From an uncultured Candidatus Saccharibacteria bacterium (lineage in GTDB: Bacteria; Patescibacteriota; Minisyncoccia; Phycocordibacterales; JACOZG01), in assembly GCA_965230925.1 (NCBI GenBank), contig OZ246403.1:138455-202454 (forward strand): a stretch of DNA of 64,000 bases. Reading direction: 5' to 3'. The position numbers were made by a program, and so were the translations under genes. Each line of letters opens with the position of its first letter. Positions within the stretch are counted from its first letter, which is position 1. The notes beneath the pieces are model-generated. The model did no database searches, was not told the origin of the DNA, and worked only from the letters and a program-made list of their open reading frames with translations. Below, piece after piece: positions 35,918 to 45,371 of this stretch.

Positions 35918-37018
35918 TTATGAGAGTCTCTCCCAAGCCATTTGGGCGGCGAGGTCAGAGAGGGGAAGGCCGGTTTTGGCGTGGCGGGCGAGGGCGGCGG
36001 AGACACTTTTGCCGATTTTTTCTTTCACCAATTTAAACATTTTGTCGGCGCTGTAGCCCTTGTGTTCGGCGAAGGAAGAAATCACGCCGCCAGCATTAGC
36101 GAGTACGCCAGGGACAATGAGCACACCGCGGTCGTGGAGCTTCTTCTCGGCTTCGGTGGTCATCGAGATATTGGCGCCTTCCACAATAATCTTTGCCTTC
36201 ACGGCATTCATGTTTTTCTCATTAATCACGTCGGGAAGCGCGGCGGGAATGAGCACATCGACGGGCAACTCAAAAATATCTTTGCCTGCCCTGAGCGAAG
36301 TCGAAGGGCCGTTTCGATAATTTGTCACCGAACCCGTTTTCTTTTTAGTCTTCATTAATTCAGCATAATTCAAGCCGTCGGCCGAATAAATCGTGCCCTT
36401 TGAGTCAGAAACAGCCACCACTTTTGCACCAAGCTCGGTGAGAAATTGCATCGCAAATGTCCCCACATTGCCAAAACCTTCGATCGCTACCGTCGCACCC
36501 TTAATATCAATTTTCTTAAATTTTAGCGCTAACTTCACGGCCTCCACCACGCCGTAGCCGGTCGAGCCGAGTTCGTGAGGCAGACCTTTGAGACGCTTCG
36601 GCTTACCCGTCGCGGCCTTGCGATCCTTAGCGGCGGCCACAAACCAAGCCATTTCTTCTTCGCCCATGTTTACGTCCGGGCCAGCAATATAAAATTTTGG
36701 TAAGAGCGGCTTAAGTTCCTTAGCGAACCATTCCACCAGCTTCTTCTTCGCTGCCTTATTAGCTGATCGAGGGTCGAAGGCAATACCAGACTTGGCACCA
36801 CCGAAAGCGATACCGGCGAGCGCATTTTTGAGCGTCATAGCCCGCGCCAAGCGACTCACTTCTTCTTCACTCACCGTCGGTGTCATCCGAATCCCTCCTT
36901 TACCCGGCCCGAGCTTGGTGTTATCGATCACCAGAAAGCCCCAAGCATCAAATTCTTTATTATAAACTTTCACCACATACCGCGGTCCGATCTTATCCCC
37001 TAGAATTTTATTTTCCAT
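35918..37018 (-). CDS. Glu/Leu/Phe/Val dehydrogenase family protein (short, GDH/LeuDH-like)
   Basis: Catalytic motif KGGIRMTP...GGAKSGI, Rossmann GFGNVG. Start MENKILGDK preferred (37018), with TACAAT -10 six nt upstream (leaderless). Confidence 0.8.
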   Translation of the reverse strand: MENKILGDKIGPRYVVKVYNKEFDAWGFLVIDNTKLGPGKGGIRMTPTVSEEEVSRLARAMTLKNALAGIAFGGAKSGIAFDPRSANKAAKKKLVEWFAKELKPLLPKFYIAGPDVNMGEEEMAWFVAAAKDRKAATGKPKRLKGLPHELGSTGYGVVEAVKLALKFKKIDIKGATVAIEGFGNVGTFAMQFLTELGAKVVAVSDSKGTIYSADGLNYAELMKTKKKTGSVTNYRNGPSTSLRAGKDIFELPVDVLIPAALPDVINEKNMNAVKAKIIVEGANISMTTEAEKKLHDRGVLIVPGVLANAGGVISSFAEHKGYSADKMFKLVKEKIGKSVSAALARHAKTGLPLSDLAAQMAWERLS

Positions 37019-37032
37019 CGCCGGATTGTAGC

Positions 37033-37057
37033 AAAAAGGCTCGACCAAAGTCGAGCC
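37033..37057 (-). terminator. rho-independent terminator for the upstream small minus-strand gene
   Basis: ggctcgac-caaa-gtcgagcc hairpin + T5 on the minus strand, immediately upstream of the gdh-like -10. Confidence 0.55.
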
Positions 37058-37092
37058 TTAAAAATCCACCTTTTGTTGCCAAACATTAACCC

Positions 37093-37302
37093 TCACTTCA
37101 CGAAACCCAAATGGAACCCTATTGGTGGAATCAACGCCACCAAAGCGCAAGCGCTCCAGCAACTTGAAGAACCAAAGGATCGTCCGTCCGTGGCCCAAGC
37201 AAGCAAAGGGGTAATTATCCCGAGGGTAACGAGGAACAACATGGCGTAAACCGCAACGCGACAACCGTTCCACTCTCCCTCTTTCTTTTTCTTTTTTCCC
37301 AC
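37093..37302 (-). CDS. small Lys-rich single-TM protein (about 69 aa)
   Basis: GTG start with SD GGGAGG 7 nt upstream; KKKKK then hydrophobic helix; terminator right after the stop. Confidence 0.3.
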   Translation of the reverse strand: MGKKKKKEGEWNGCRVAVYAMLFLVTLGIITPLLAWATDGRSFGSSSCWSACALVALIPPIGFHLGFVK

Positions 37303-37413
37303 AGCCAAGCCTCCCAAAAGAAGAACTGATTTACCGATACTACCCGAAGATTACCACTCTAATGTTAAACGTCAAGTAGCCAAAAACGGCTTAATGGTGT
37401 AGGATTCTGGGTT

Positions 37414-37734
37414 ATGAAAATGGCGGTAATTAAGACGGGTGGGAAGCAATATCTCGTCAAGGAAGGCGACATGGTCAAGATCGAGAAAATCGACGCGTCA
37501 GCGCGAGAAGGGAATGCCACCACCTTTCCCGAGGTTTTGCTCGTCTCTGATGAGGGTACGGTAAAAGTGGGCAACCCCACTGTCGCTGGCGCATCGGTAA
37601 CCGCCGAGATCGTCAAAGATGATCGTCACGACAAGATCACCGTCATCCACTACAAGGCCAAGGTTCGCCATCGCAAAAAAGCCGGCCACCGCCAACCCTA
37701 CACCGAGGTTAAAATCACAGGGATTAAGGGTTAA
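37414..37734 (+). CDS. rplU: 50S ribosomal protein L21
   Basis: MKMAVIKTGGKQYLVKEGD N-terminus and full-length L21 similarity. Confidence 0.9.
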   Translation: MKMAVIKTGGKQYLVKEGDMVKIEKIDASAREGNATTFPEVLLVSDEGTVKVGNPTVAGASVTAEIVKDDRHDKITVIHYKAKVRHRKKAGHRQPYTEVKITGIKG

Positions 37735-38064
37735 TTAACGCATCTCGAGCTTCTTCTCAATTTTCACTACACGTTCTTGAAGCTCGATTAAATCTACTTC
37801 AGAAAAAAGCTGGCGCAGGGTTTTGAGGCTGCTTTCCACATGGTCCATTCTTTCTTCCAAGGTACCCAATCTCGCATTAGTTATCTTTTGCTCCTGAACC
37901 AGCTTCTCCGTCGTATTTTCTAAAGAATCAAGTCGATTAACCACCCTGCCCATAGTCTGGTTCATCTCGTTCACCACTCGGATCTCGTCTCGAAACTCCT
38001 CAATCACGGCCATCAGGTGGTCGGGGTTTTTGGAATCAAGTTTCTTAGTTATTTTGGGCACCAT
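37735..38064 (-). CDS. hypothetical coiled-coil protein (109 aa)
   Basis: Heptad-rich; palindromic motif B lies 40-70 nt upstream of its start. Confidence 0.45.
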   Translation of the reverse strand: MVPKITKKLDSKNPDHLMAVIEEFRDEIRVVNEMNQTMGRVVNRLDSLENTTEKLVQEQKITNARLGTLEERMDHVESSLKTLRQLFSEVDLIELQERVVKIEKKLEMR

Positions 38065-38104
38065 ATTTACCTATAATCATATCAAGCACCCCTTGGTGGT
38101 CAAA

Positions 38105-38131
38105 TGTTGGACATTCAATGTTCAACAAAGG
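38105..38131. promoter_or_regulatory. second copy of the operator-like palindrome TGTTGGACA-ttcaa-TGTTCAACA
   Basis: 2 mismatches in 28 nt versus the 35883-35910 copy, same orientation. Confidence 0.5.
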
Positions 38132-38136
38132 ATAAA

Positions 38137-38178
38137 GGCCCGACTACGCATCCGTGCGCGTCGGGCCTTTCTCGTTTT
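38137..38178 (+). terminator. rho-independent terminator-like hairpin (ggcccgac...gtcgggcc + TTTCTCGTTTT)
   Basis: 8-bp GC stem and T-rich tail directly after motif B; no obvious plus-strand gene upstream. Confidence 0.45.
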
Positions 38179-38191
38179 GGTAAAACCAAGT

Positions 38192-38482
38192 TCATTCATC
38201 CTTGGCGATGGTAATGTGGACCCCACGAAGAGAAATCTGGGCGCCAACCTCAATTACTCCCGATCGTTCCAGAGCCTCTCTGACTTCAGGAGGCAAAGAA
38301 ATTACCGGAACTCCCAAAGCAGGATCTATTCGTTCGGCCGCTTTCTGTTCCGGTCCGGGACGGTGGGCATTGGTATCACCAAACCTCTTTGCTGCCCTTT
38401 CATACATGTCACGTTGCTGTGGGGTAACTGATGGAACTTTCGGCCCACCACCATCATCGTCATCCTTTACCAGTCTGAGCAT
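38192..38482 (-). CDS. hypothetical protein (about 96 aa)
   Basis: ATG at 38482 preceded by ACGGAG; Asp/Gly-rich N-terminus, conserved-looking C-terminus; the listed ORF extends to 38578. Confidence 0.4.
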   Translation of the reverse strand: MLRLVKDDDDGGGPKVPSVTPQQRDMYERAAKRFGDTNAHRPGPEQKAAERIDPALGVPVISLPPEVREALERSGVIEVGAQISLRGVHITIAKDE

Positions 38483-38582
38483 ATGCAAACTCCGTAACTC
38501 AAAATTTCCCAGTTCACACTCTTGGAAACTTCGAGTTTGGGTAACTCTCCAAGTTAACTTTATCTGAAAATAAACCATCTTG

Positions 38583-39182
38583 TCAACCCCTATTCTTCAG
38601 CGCACTCTTGAGCGTATCAGTGTCAGAATATTCGAGTTCGGTGCCGGTGGAAAGACCTCGGCCGAGGGTGGAAATTTTGAGGGTGGGAGAGGCAAGGACT
38701 TTTTTGAGATATTCTACGGTGTAATCGCCTTCGGTGGTGGCGCTAAGGGCGAGAATTAGTTCTTTTGTTTCACCTTTCGCCAACCGCGCTTTCAGTTCTT
38801 TGACCCGAACTTTCTCTTCGGGATTTTTCTCAAGAATTGGAATATTACCACCGAGAACAAAGAAGTGACCGTCGTAAATCCCGGCCTTGCGCACGGCTTC
38901 GAGATCAATATCTTTCTCCACAACCATCAAGAGTTCCCTATTTCTGTTTAAATCAGTGCAAATCAAGCAGGCACCTGCCCCGACAGTAGTGGAGGGGAAA
39001 AAGCGTCCACAATCCACACAGCGATTAATTTTATCTTTGAGCGCTAAGAGTTCGCTCGAGAGGCGAGTGATATAGCCTTCGCCCTCACCGAGCAAAAAGT
39101 AAACGAAGCGTCGCGCCTGCCGCGGACCAATACCCGGGAATTGCCTAAAGCTCTCAACAAGGCGATCAATGAGTTGATTCAC
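38583..39182 (-). CDS. recR: recombination protein RecR
   Basis: HhH motif GIGPRQARR, C4 zinc finger CVDCG..CLIC, Toprim domain. Confidence 0.9.
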   Translation of the reverse strand: MNQLIDRLVESFRQFPGIGPRQARRFVYFLLGEGEGYITRLSSELLALKDKINRCVDCGRFFPSTTVGAGACLICTDLNRNRELLMVVEKDIDLEAVRKAGIYDGHFFVLGGNIPILEKNPEEKVRVKELKARLAKGETKELILALSATTEGDYTVEYLKKVLASPTLKISTLGRGLSTGTELEYSDTDTLKSALKNRG

Positions 39183-39202
39183 CCTAACAATCTACCAAAC
39201 TT

Positions 39203-40687
39203 TTAGAATCCGCCAAAGTCTTGCTTCTCGAGATTAGTGAAGGAAACACGCTTGTCGTCGAAGTAGAGTTCCACCTTGCCGGTCGGGCCATTGCGATGCT
39301 TCTCAATTAAAATTTCGGCAATATTTTTCCGCTCACTTTCCTCATTGTTTCTGTCTTCGCGATGAATGAACATCACCACGTCGGCGTCTTGTTCAATAGA
39401 ACCAGAGTCGCGCAAGTCCGAGAGGCGAGGCCGGCCGCCACGTTGCTCCACCGAGCGATTAAGCTGGGAGAGAGCGAGCACCGGCACTTCAAGCTCGCGC
39501 GCCAATCCCTTTAAGGACCGCGAAATTTCGGTGACTTGTTGCACCAGCGAATCAGAATCCTTGCGCGGCACCATGAGCTGGAGATAGTCCACGATGATTA
39601 GGCCCAAACCATTTTCAGCTTTGAGCCGCCGTGCCACCGACTTCATCTTGAGAATATTGTTGGAAGAATCGTCGTCGATATAAAGCGGTGCCTTGGAGAG
39701 CGAGTCGAGGGTGTCGCGAATGCGAGCGAATTCTTCATCCGCCGTGAGCCGCCCGGTGCGCAGCTTCCACGAGTCCACCTTACTCTCCGCGGCAATCAGG
39801 CGATCGACGAGCTGTTGCGAGCTCATTTCGAGCGAGAAGATGCCAACCGGAATATTCTCGCGGCACGCCACGTGGCGGGCAATATCAAGCGCGAGCGAAG
39901 TCTTACCCACCGATGGCCGCGCGGCCAAGATCACCAGGTCGGACTTCTGCAAACCCGAGAGATGATTATCGAGATCTTTAAAGCCCGTCGGCACACCGCG
40001 CAAACCTTCTTTACTTTTATGCAAATTCTCGAAGCGCTCCCAGGCCTCCACTAAGCCATCTTTCAAGCTAATAAAACTTTTCTTCGAGAAATCAACAAGA
40101 TTAAAAATCGCTTTCTCCGCGCGGTCGAAGATCGAATCAATTTCTTCATTTTCCTCATAGCCGAGTCCGGAGATGTGATCTGCCGCGGCGATGAGATTAC
40201 GCAAGGCCGACTTCTTCCGCACCAGCTCGGCATAATATTTAAGATTCGCGGCCGAGGGCACCACACTGGTGAGTTCCGCGAGATAAGAAGAACCGCCAGC
40301 GCGCTCGAGCGATTTCTTATTCTTGAGTTCTGCCGTCACGGAGACGAGGTCGATCGGGTTGCTATCGGTCGCGAGGCGCAGCATAGCCTCGTAAATGAGC
40401 TTGTGGCGATCAGAATAGAAGTCCGCGGCCTTAATAATATCGAGCACATCTTGCATCGCGGCCGGGCGGATAAGAATAGAGCCCAAGAGCGCCTTCTCGG
40501 CGTCGAGATCTTGAGGCGGCAAGCGCACCGCCGTCGTCAAAAATGGGGCATCTTTTACAAGCATCACCCCGGATTTTACCATGATGGTGGTAAAACCGTT
40601 CAAGCCCCAACAGGGGATTAAAAGTGGATAAAGAAAACACCCCGCAACTAATTCATAGTTACGGGGCATTGAAATTACGAAGGGCAA
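39203..40687 (-). CDS. dnaB: replicative DNA helicase DnaB
   Basis: N-terminal DnaB domain (DAEKALLGSIL), Walker A GARPSVGKT, RecA-like C-domain; true start may be internal (MLVKDAPF). Confidence 0.85.
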   Translation of the reverse strand: MPFVISMPRNYELVAGCFLYPLLIPCWGLNGFTTIMVKSGVMLVKDAPFLTTAVRLPPQDLDAEKALLGSILIRPAAMQDVLDIIKAADFYSDRHKLIYEAMLRLATDSNPIDLVSVTAELKNKKSLERAGGSSYLAELTSVVPSAANLKYYAELVRKKSALRNLIAAADHISGLGYEENEEIDSIFDRAEKAIFNLVDFSKKSFISLKDGLVEAWERFENLHKSKEGLRGVPTGFKDLDNHLSGLQKSDLVILAARPSVGKTSLALDIARHVACRENIPVGIFSLEMSSQQLVDRLIAAESKVDSWKLRTGRLTADEEFARIRDTLDSLSKAPLYIDDDSSNNILKMKSVARRLKAENGLGLIIVDYLQLMVPRKDSDSLVQQVTEISRSLKGLARELEVPVLALSQLNRSVEQRGGRPRLSDLRDSGSIEQDADVVMFIHREDRNNEESERKNIAEILIEKHRNGPTGKVELYFDDKRVSFTNLEKQDFGGF

Positions 40688-40694
40688 GAACTAG

Positions 40695-40976
40695 CTACTT
40701 CCGTTCCTCTTTCACCCATTTCATGTCGCCTGTAAAATTGCGAAGGTCTTCATCGTCGTCTGACAAGAAGTGGGGTTTGAGCCATACGGCAAACTTCCCT
40801 TTGGAGTCTTCTGGCACTTCTGTCCAAAAGACACTAAGCACTTCGCAGGCACAGTGAGACTCATTGACAATTAAATTCATTTTCATTCCCACGGCAGGAA
40901 TGAAGTTTATTTCAACACCATGACGAGCGAAGACACCCCTAGTACCCAGATACACAACAAACTTAAAGGTATACAC
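40695..40976 (-). CDS. hypothetical protein (93 aa) immediately upstream of dnaB
   Basis: ORF only; no motif recognised. Confidence 0.35.
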   Translation of the reverse strand: MYTFKFVVYLGTRGVFARHGVEINFIPAVGMKMNLIVNESHCACEVLSVFWTEVPEDSKGKFAVWLKPHFLSDDDEDLRNFTGDMKWVKEERK

Positions 40977-41090
40977 GACTTCCTCCCTTTCTGGTTGTTA
41001 AGGAATTTTGAATTTCGAAAGCTGATTACATTAATAACCAGCAGGACTTTCTGCCGATATCCTAGCACACACTAGGTATATTTGTCAAGT

Positions 41091-42398
41091 TTAGCTTTTC
41101 CTCACCCTCGGACCATCAGATTTATCCTCAACCGTGTAGCCAAGCTTAGAAATTTCAGCTCTTAGTTCGTCGGCTTTGGTCCAATCATTGTTTTGGCGGG
41201 CAAGTTCGCGGTCAGCGACGAGTTTTTGGACATTTTCGGGGATTGGGGCAGCGTGGGTCGAGGCGGCGAGATTGAGACCGAAGACTTGGTCCCATTTGAG
41301 AAGCGTGGCGAGCTTGTCGGCCGGAGCAATGTTCTCGTCTTTAATTAATTCCCATACGAGAGCCAACGTTTGCGGCAGATTGAGATCATCTTCAAGGCAA
41401 GAAACAAATTTCTGATTCCAATCGGGTGAAACGAGGTCTTCTCTGGAGTCACCCTTACTGTCAACTAAATCGGAAACCGTGTTCAATAATTTCTGATACG
41501 CCGTTTGCGCGCCTTCTAGCGCTTCCCAGGTAAAGTTCGCAATTTTGCGATAATGCGTGCTCAAGAGGAAGTAGCGGTAAGCGAGGGGGCTAAACCCTTT
41601 TTCTTTAAGATCAGTCAGAGTGAAGATATTCCCGAGCGACTTACTCATCTTCTCTTCGGCAATGTTGAGGAAACCGCCGTGGAGCCAGAATTTGGCCAAG
41701 GTTTTCCCGCTCGCGCCTTCCGACTGCGCGATCTCGTTGGTATGATGAGGGAAAATGAGGTCACTGCCACCCACGTGGATATCAATGGTCTCGCCGAGCG
41801 TCTCTTTAATCATCGCCGAGCATTCTAAGTGCCAACCCGGCCGCCCTTTACCCCAAGGCGAATCCCAACTTACGTCGCCATCTTCGGCTTTATGTAATTT
41901 CCAAAGGGCAAAATCGCCCTCGGGATCAAAGTTGCCTGCCAACTTCCCATAATCCTCGCTCTTATTAATGGCAAAATAAACGCCATCTTCGGCTTGATAT
42001 GCCAAGCCTTTCGTCATTAAGGTCTCGATCAGTTTAATCATCGCCGGCACAAATTCGGTAGCATGAGGCAAGGCGTCGGGCTCAAGTAAATTTAATTCTC
42101 CGCGCTCGGCGAGATACACCTCTTCGTATTTTTTCGTGAACTCGGCGAGAGAAATCCCGGCTTCGTGTGCACCTTTTATTGTCTTATCATCTACGTCGGT
42201 AATATTAGTCACAAACTTTACGGTATAACCCAAGTAGGTGAGCGCGCGGCGCAACCAGTCATTAAAAATAAAGCTGCGCCAATTGCCGAGGTGTACCGGC
42301 GCATACACCGTTGGCCCGCACGCATAAATCTTCACCGCGCCATCGGCCGTGAATTCTTGCTCGGAGCGCGTTAAGGTGTTGTAAAGCTTTAGAGCCAC
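41091..42398 (-). CDS. cysS: cysteinyl-tRNA synthetase
   Basis: HLGN (HIGH) and KMSKS motifs; CysRS zinc-binding residues. Confidence 0.9.
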   Translation of the reverse strand: MALKLYNTLTRSEQEFTADGAVKIYACGPTVYAPVHLGNWRSFIFNDWLRRALTYLGYTVKFVTNITDVDDKTIKGAHEAGISLAEFTKKYEEVYLAERGELNLLEPDALPHATEFVPAMIKLIETLMTKGLAYQAEDGVYFAINKSEDYGKLAGNFDPEGDFALWKLHKAEDGDVSWDSPWGKGRPGWHLECSAMIKETLGETIDIHVGGSDLIFPHHTNEIAQSEGASGKTLAKFWLHGGFLNIAEEKMSKSLGNIFTLTDLKEKGFSPLAYRYFLLSTHYRKIANFTWEALEGAQTAYQKLLNTVSDLVDSKGDSREDLVSPDWNQKFVSCLEDDLNLPQTLALVWELIKDENIAPADKLATLLKWDQVFGLNLAASTHAAPIPENVQKLVADRELARQNNDWTKADELRAEISKLGYTVEDKSDGPRVRKS

Positions 42399-43324
42399 TT
42401 CTTATTCTTAGCAATTTGCCACATCACGGCGAGCACCGCAATCATGATAATAACGACAATATAAAAATCATATGGTCCGCCCACGAAGGGGAGGTGAGTA
42501 TTCATCCCGAAAATCTGACCAATCAAAGTGAGCGGGAAGAAGATGAAGGCCACCACCGTGAGCGTCTTCACCGTCTCATTGGTCTTAATGGAAAGCAAGG
42601 ATTCATTGGTCTCGCGCAAGTCTTGGAAGGTCTCGCGATTACTCTCGATCATCTGCCAAATTTTCTCATATTGCCCATTAATTGAACGCAAATAATAGCG
42701 GAATTTGTCGCCAAAGAAATCCTCGCCCGCGAGCTCCAAGGATCCCAACACCTCGCGATGCGATTTAAGCGCCCAACGGCAATCAAGGAGATCACGATTG
42801 ATCTCGGAAAGCACTTTGACCATGGGCTTTTCCTCGCCGGCAAAAATTCTACCCTCCGCACGTTTGAGGCGGTCATTAATGAAGTCGAGGCCCGTTTCGA
42901 GCGAGCGATACAATTCTTTGAGAATGCGAAAGAACATCATGCCGGCATGGACTTTACCATTCTTCGTTTTCTCCCAAGTACTATCGAGTTCAAAAATTTT
43001 TGAGAGTTCGTGGAGCGAATCCACTGTTTCGTAATGCGTGGTAATAAGAAAGTCTTTGCCGATCACAAAATCAACCTCCTGACTCACCGGGTCGCTGCCC
43101 TCGGGCACATTTGGACCTAAGCAAACCTTGCAGGGCGGGAAGTGAAGTATGAGATACAAATAATCGTTATACACATCCACCTTGGAGCGAGCGGAAGGAG
43201 AGAGGAGTTCGCTCGCCACGAGGGAATGGAGATTAAAATCGCGGGCCAGTGCCTCCACTTCCTCCTTGGTTGGCGCCTCGAGATCGATCCAGGTAATGTC
43301 GTGATACTTGAATTTCCGAAGCAT
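42389..43324 (-). CDS. corA: magnesium/cobalt transporter CorA
   Basis: C-terminal two-TM with signature GMN (IFGMNTHLPF). Confidence 0.85.
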   Translation of the reverse strand: MLRKFKYHDITWIDLEAPTKEEVEALARDFNLHSLVASELLSPSARSKVDVYNDYLYLILHFPPCKVCLGPNVPEGSDPVSQEVDFVIGKDFLITTHYETVDSLHELSKIFELDSTWEKTKNGKVHAGMMFFRILKELYRSLETGLDFINDRLKRAEGRIFAGEEKPMVKVLSEINRDLLDCRWALKSHREVLGSLELAGEDFFGDKFRYYLRSINGQYEKIWQMIESNRETFQDLRETNESLLSIKTNETVKTLTVVAFIFFPLTLIGQIFGMNTHLPFVGGPYDFYIVVIIMIAVLAVMWQIAKNKKWL

Positions 43325-43385
43325 GTCTGATTATAAACTGCTCTCCGATTGACCGCAATTGGCGGCTCTGCGATAATGCAGCGCA

Positions 43386-44648
43386 ATGTTGATAAAAGGA
43401 TTTCTAAAAGTTGTTGGGTATCTCTTCGGCGTCATCGTCATCATCGGCGGCACCTTGCTCGTCGGCATTTATCTCGGCTATGAGAACCGTCCTGCTATTG
43501 CCAAAGTCACCAATGTTATCGGCAAGGAGCAACCCGCTGATCTGGAACAAGTAGATTTTTCTCCCTTCTGGAAAGCGTGGGAAATCATCAATAATAAATA
43601 CGTAACGGTGGCCACTTCTACCGCCACCACCACGAGCCCGAAAGTTGTAACTGATGAAGAAAAGGTCTATGGCGCCATCGCCGGTCTCGTGGATTCGCTT
43701 GGCGATCCGTATTCTGTTTTTCTCCCACCAGTAGAGAATAAAATCTTCGAGGACGATATCTCTGGCAACTTTGGCGGTATTGGGGTTGAAATTGATTTGC
43801 GCGAGGGTGTCCCGACTGTGGTCTCACCCCTGGAGGGGAGTCCGGCCAAGAAGGCGGGAATGCTCCCTGGCGATCGAGTCATTATGGTAGACGATCACTC
43901 GGTGGTGAAAATTCCGCTCAACGAGGCAATTCGTTATATCCGCGGAGAAGTTGGGACTAAGGTCACGCTAACGGTCCGGCGCGAGGGAGTACGCGAGTCG
44001 CTTAAGTTTACCTTGACACGAGACAATATTCAGGTTCCAACGATTAAAACGCTCAAGCGCGAGAAAGAAAAAACTTTTGTTATCCAACTTTATAACTTTG
44101 GCGCAACTTCGTCCCAACTCTTCCGCACCGCGCTCAAAGAATTTGCCGGAACGGGTTGGAACCGTCTCGTTCTCGATCTGCGAGGTAATCCCGGTGGCTA
44201 TTTGGAAGCATCTGTAGACATGGCTAGCTGGTTCTTACCAGCCGGAGAAATTGTAGTCACAGAAGATCATGGTCCAAATGGAGTTCACAAAGAATACAAA
44301 AGCCGCGGCCACAGTGGTTTAAAAGATAAATTAAAACTCGTCGTTCTGGTAGACGGCGGTAGCGCCTCAGCCTCAGAAATTCTGGCTGGCGCAATTGTCG
44401 AGAACGGTCGAGGGACCTTAGTGGGGCAAAAAACGTTTGGCAAAGGCTCGGTTCAAGAATTAATTCCAGTTACCAAAGACACTTCTATTAAGATAACTAT
44501 CGCGCGCTGGCTCACTCCGCTCGGCCACTCACTCTCAGAAAATGGCTTAGTACCGGAAGTGGTGGTAGAACCAAACAAAGAGGACAAAGAAAAAGGCATT
44601 GACACTCAACTCGAGAAGGCAATTGAAGTTTTGTCTAAAATGAAGTAA
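43386..44648 (+). CDS. ctpA: carboxyl-terminal processing protease (S41) with PDZ domain
   Basis: N-terminal TM, PDZ (GDRVIMVDD), S41 catalytic region VVLVDGGSASASEILAGA. Confidence 0.85.
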   Translation: MLIKGFLKVVGYLFGVIVIIGGTLLVGIYLGYENRPAIAKVTNVIGKEQPADLEQVDFSPFWKAWEIINNKYVTVATSTATTTSPKVVTDEEKVYGAIAGLVDSLGDPYSVFLPPVENKIFEDDISGNFGGIGVEIDLREGVPTVVSPLEGSPAKKAGMLPGDRVIMVDDHSVVKIPLNEAIRYIRGEVGTKVTLTVRREGVRESLKFTLTRDNIQVPTIKTLKREKEKTFVIQLYNFGATSSQLFRTALKEFAGTGWNRLVLDLRGNPGGYLEASVDMASWFLPAGEIVVTEDHGPNGVHKEYKSRGHSGLKDKLKLVVLVDGGSASASEILAGAIVENGRGTLVGQKTFGKGSVQELIPVTKDTSIKITIARWLTPLGHSLSENGLVPEVVVEPNKEDKEKGIDTQLEKAIEVLSKMK

Positions 44649-44657
44649 AAATAAGGT

Positions 44658-45092
44658 ATGGAAGTAATCCTTTTACAAGATGTGGCCAAAGTAGGCCGTC
44701 GCAATGAGCTTAAAGAGGTAAAAGAAGGCTTCGCCCGTAACTTCTTGTTTAAGAAAGGTCTTGCAGTAGCCGCCACCGCGGCCACCAAAGAGGCCTTGGC
44801 TACTCGGATTAAACTAAACGCGGCCGAAGACGCAAAGAATCAAGAGCTAAAACAACTCGCCATGAAGAAACTAGCGGGGATTGTGGTAACCATAGGCGGT
44901 AAAGCGAGCGACAAAGGACACTTATTTGAAGGGATTAAAAAAGAAGAAATTCTCTCAACCCTAGAGCGCGACCATCGACTAATCTTAGAAGCCGCCGACC
45001 TCCTTCTAGATAAACCATTAAAGGCCGTAGGAGAAACAAAAATCCCCATCCAAGGGGGCGGGGAATTGAAGGTGAACGTGGTAGGGAAATAA
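44658..45092 (+). CDS. rplI: 50S ribosomal protein L9
   Basis: MEVILLQDV..G..GE...V N-terminus and L9 two-domain layout. Confidence 0.85.
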   Translation: MEVILLQDVAKVGRRNELKEVKEGFARNFLFKKGLAVAATAATKEALATRIKLNAAEDAKNQELKQLAMKKLAGIVVTIGGKASDKGHLFEGIKKEEILSTLERDHRLILEAADLLLDKPLKAVGETKIPIQGGGELKVNVVGK

Positions 45093-45096
45093 AAAC

Positions 45097-45369
45097 TTAG
45101 GCAACACTCACTGTTTTCAAGGTCTTGGTGCGGCCGTTGAAATTAGTTTTGCGACGTGAGCCAAATTTGACCGTACCGTCTTTGAGGGCAAATATGGTGT
45201 GGTCTTTACCAAGACCAACATTGGTACCGGGCAAGATCACGGTACCGCGCTGGCGGACAATAATATTGCCAGCAACAACCTTCTCGCCAGCAAACTTCTT
45301 AACCCCGAGGAACTTCGGGTTTGAGTCTCTTAAATTTCGCGCTGTTCCGCCTGCTTTCCGATGTGCCAT
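45097..45369 (-). CDS. rpmA: 50S ribosomal protein L27
   Basis: [20 protein letters not shown] conserved L27 N-terminus. Confidence 0.9.
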   Translation of the reverse strand: MAHRKAGGTARNLRDSNPKFLGVKKFAGEKVVAGNIIVRQRGTVILPGTNVGLGKDHTIFALKDGTVKFGSRRKTNFNGRTKTLKTVSVA

Positions 45370-45371
45370 AA

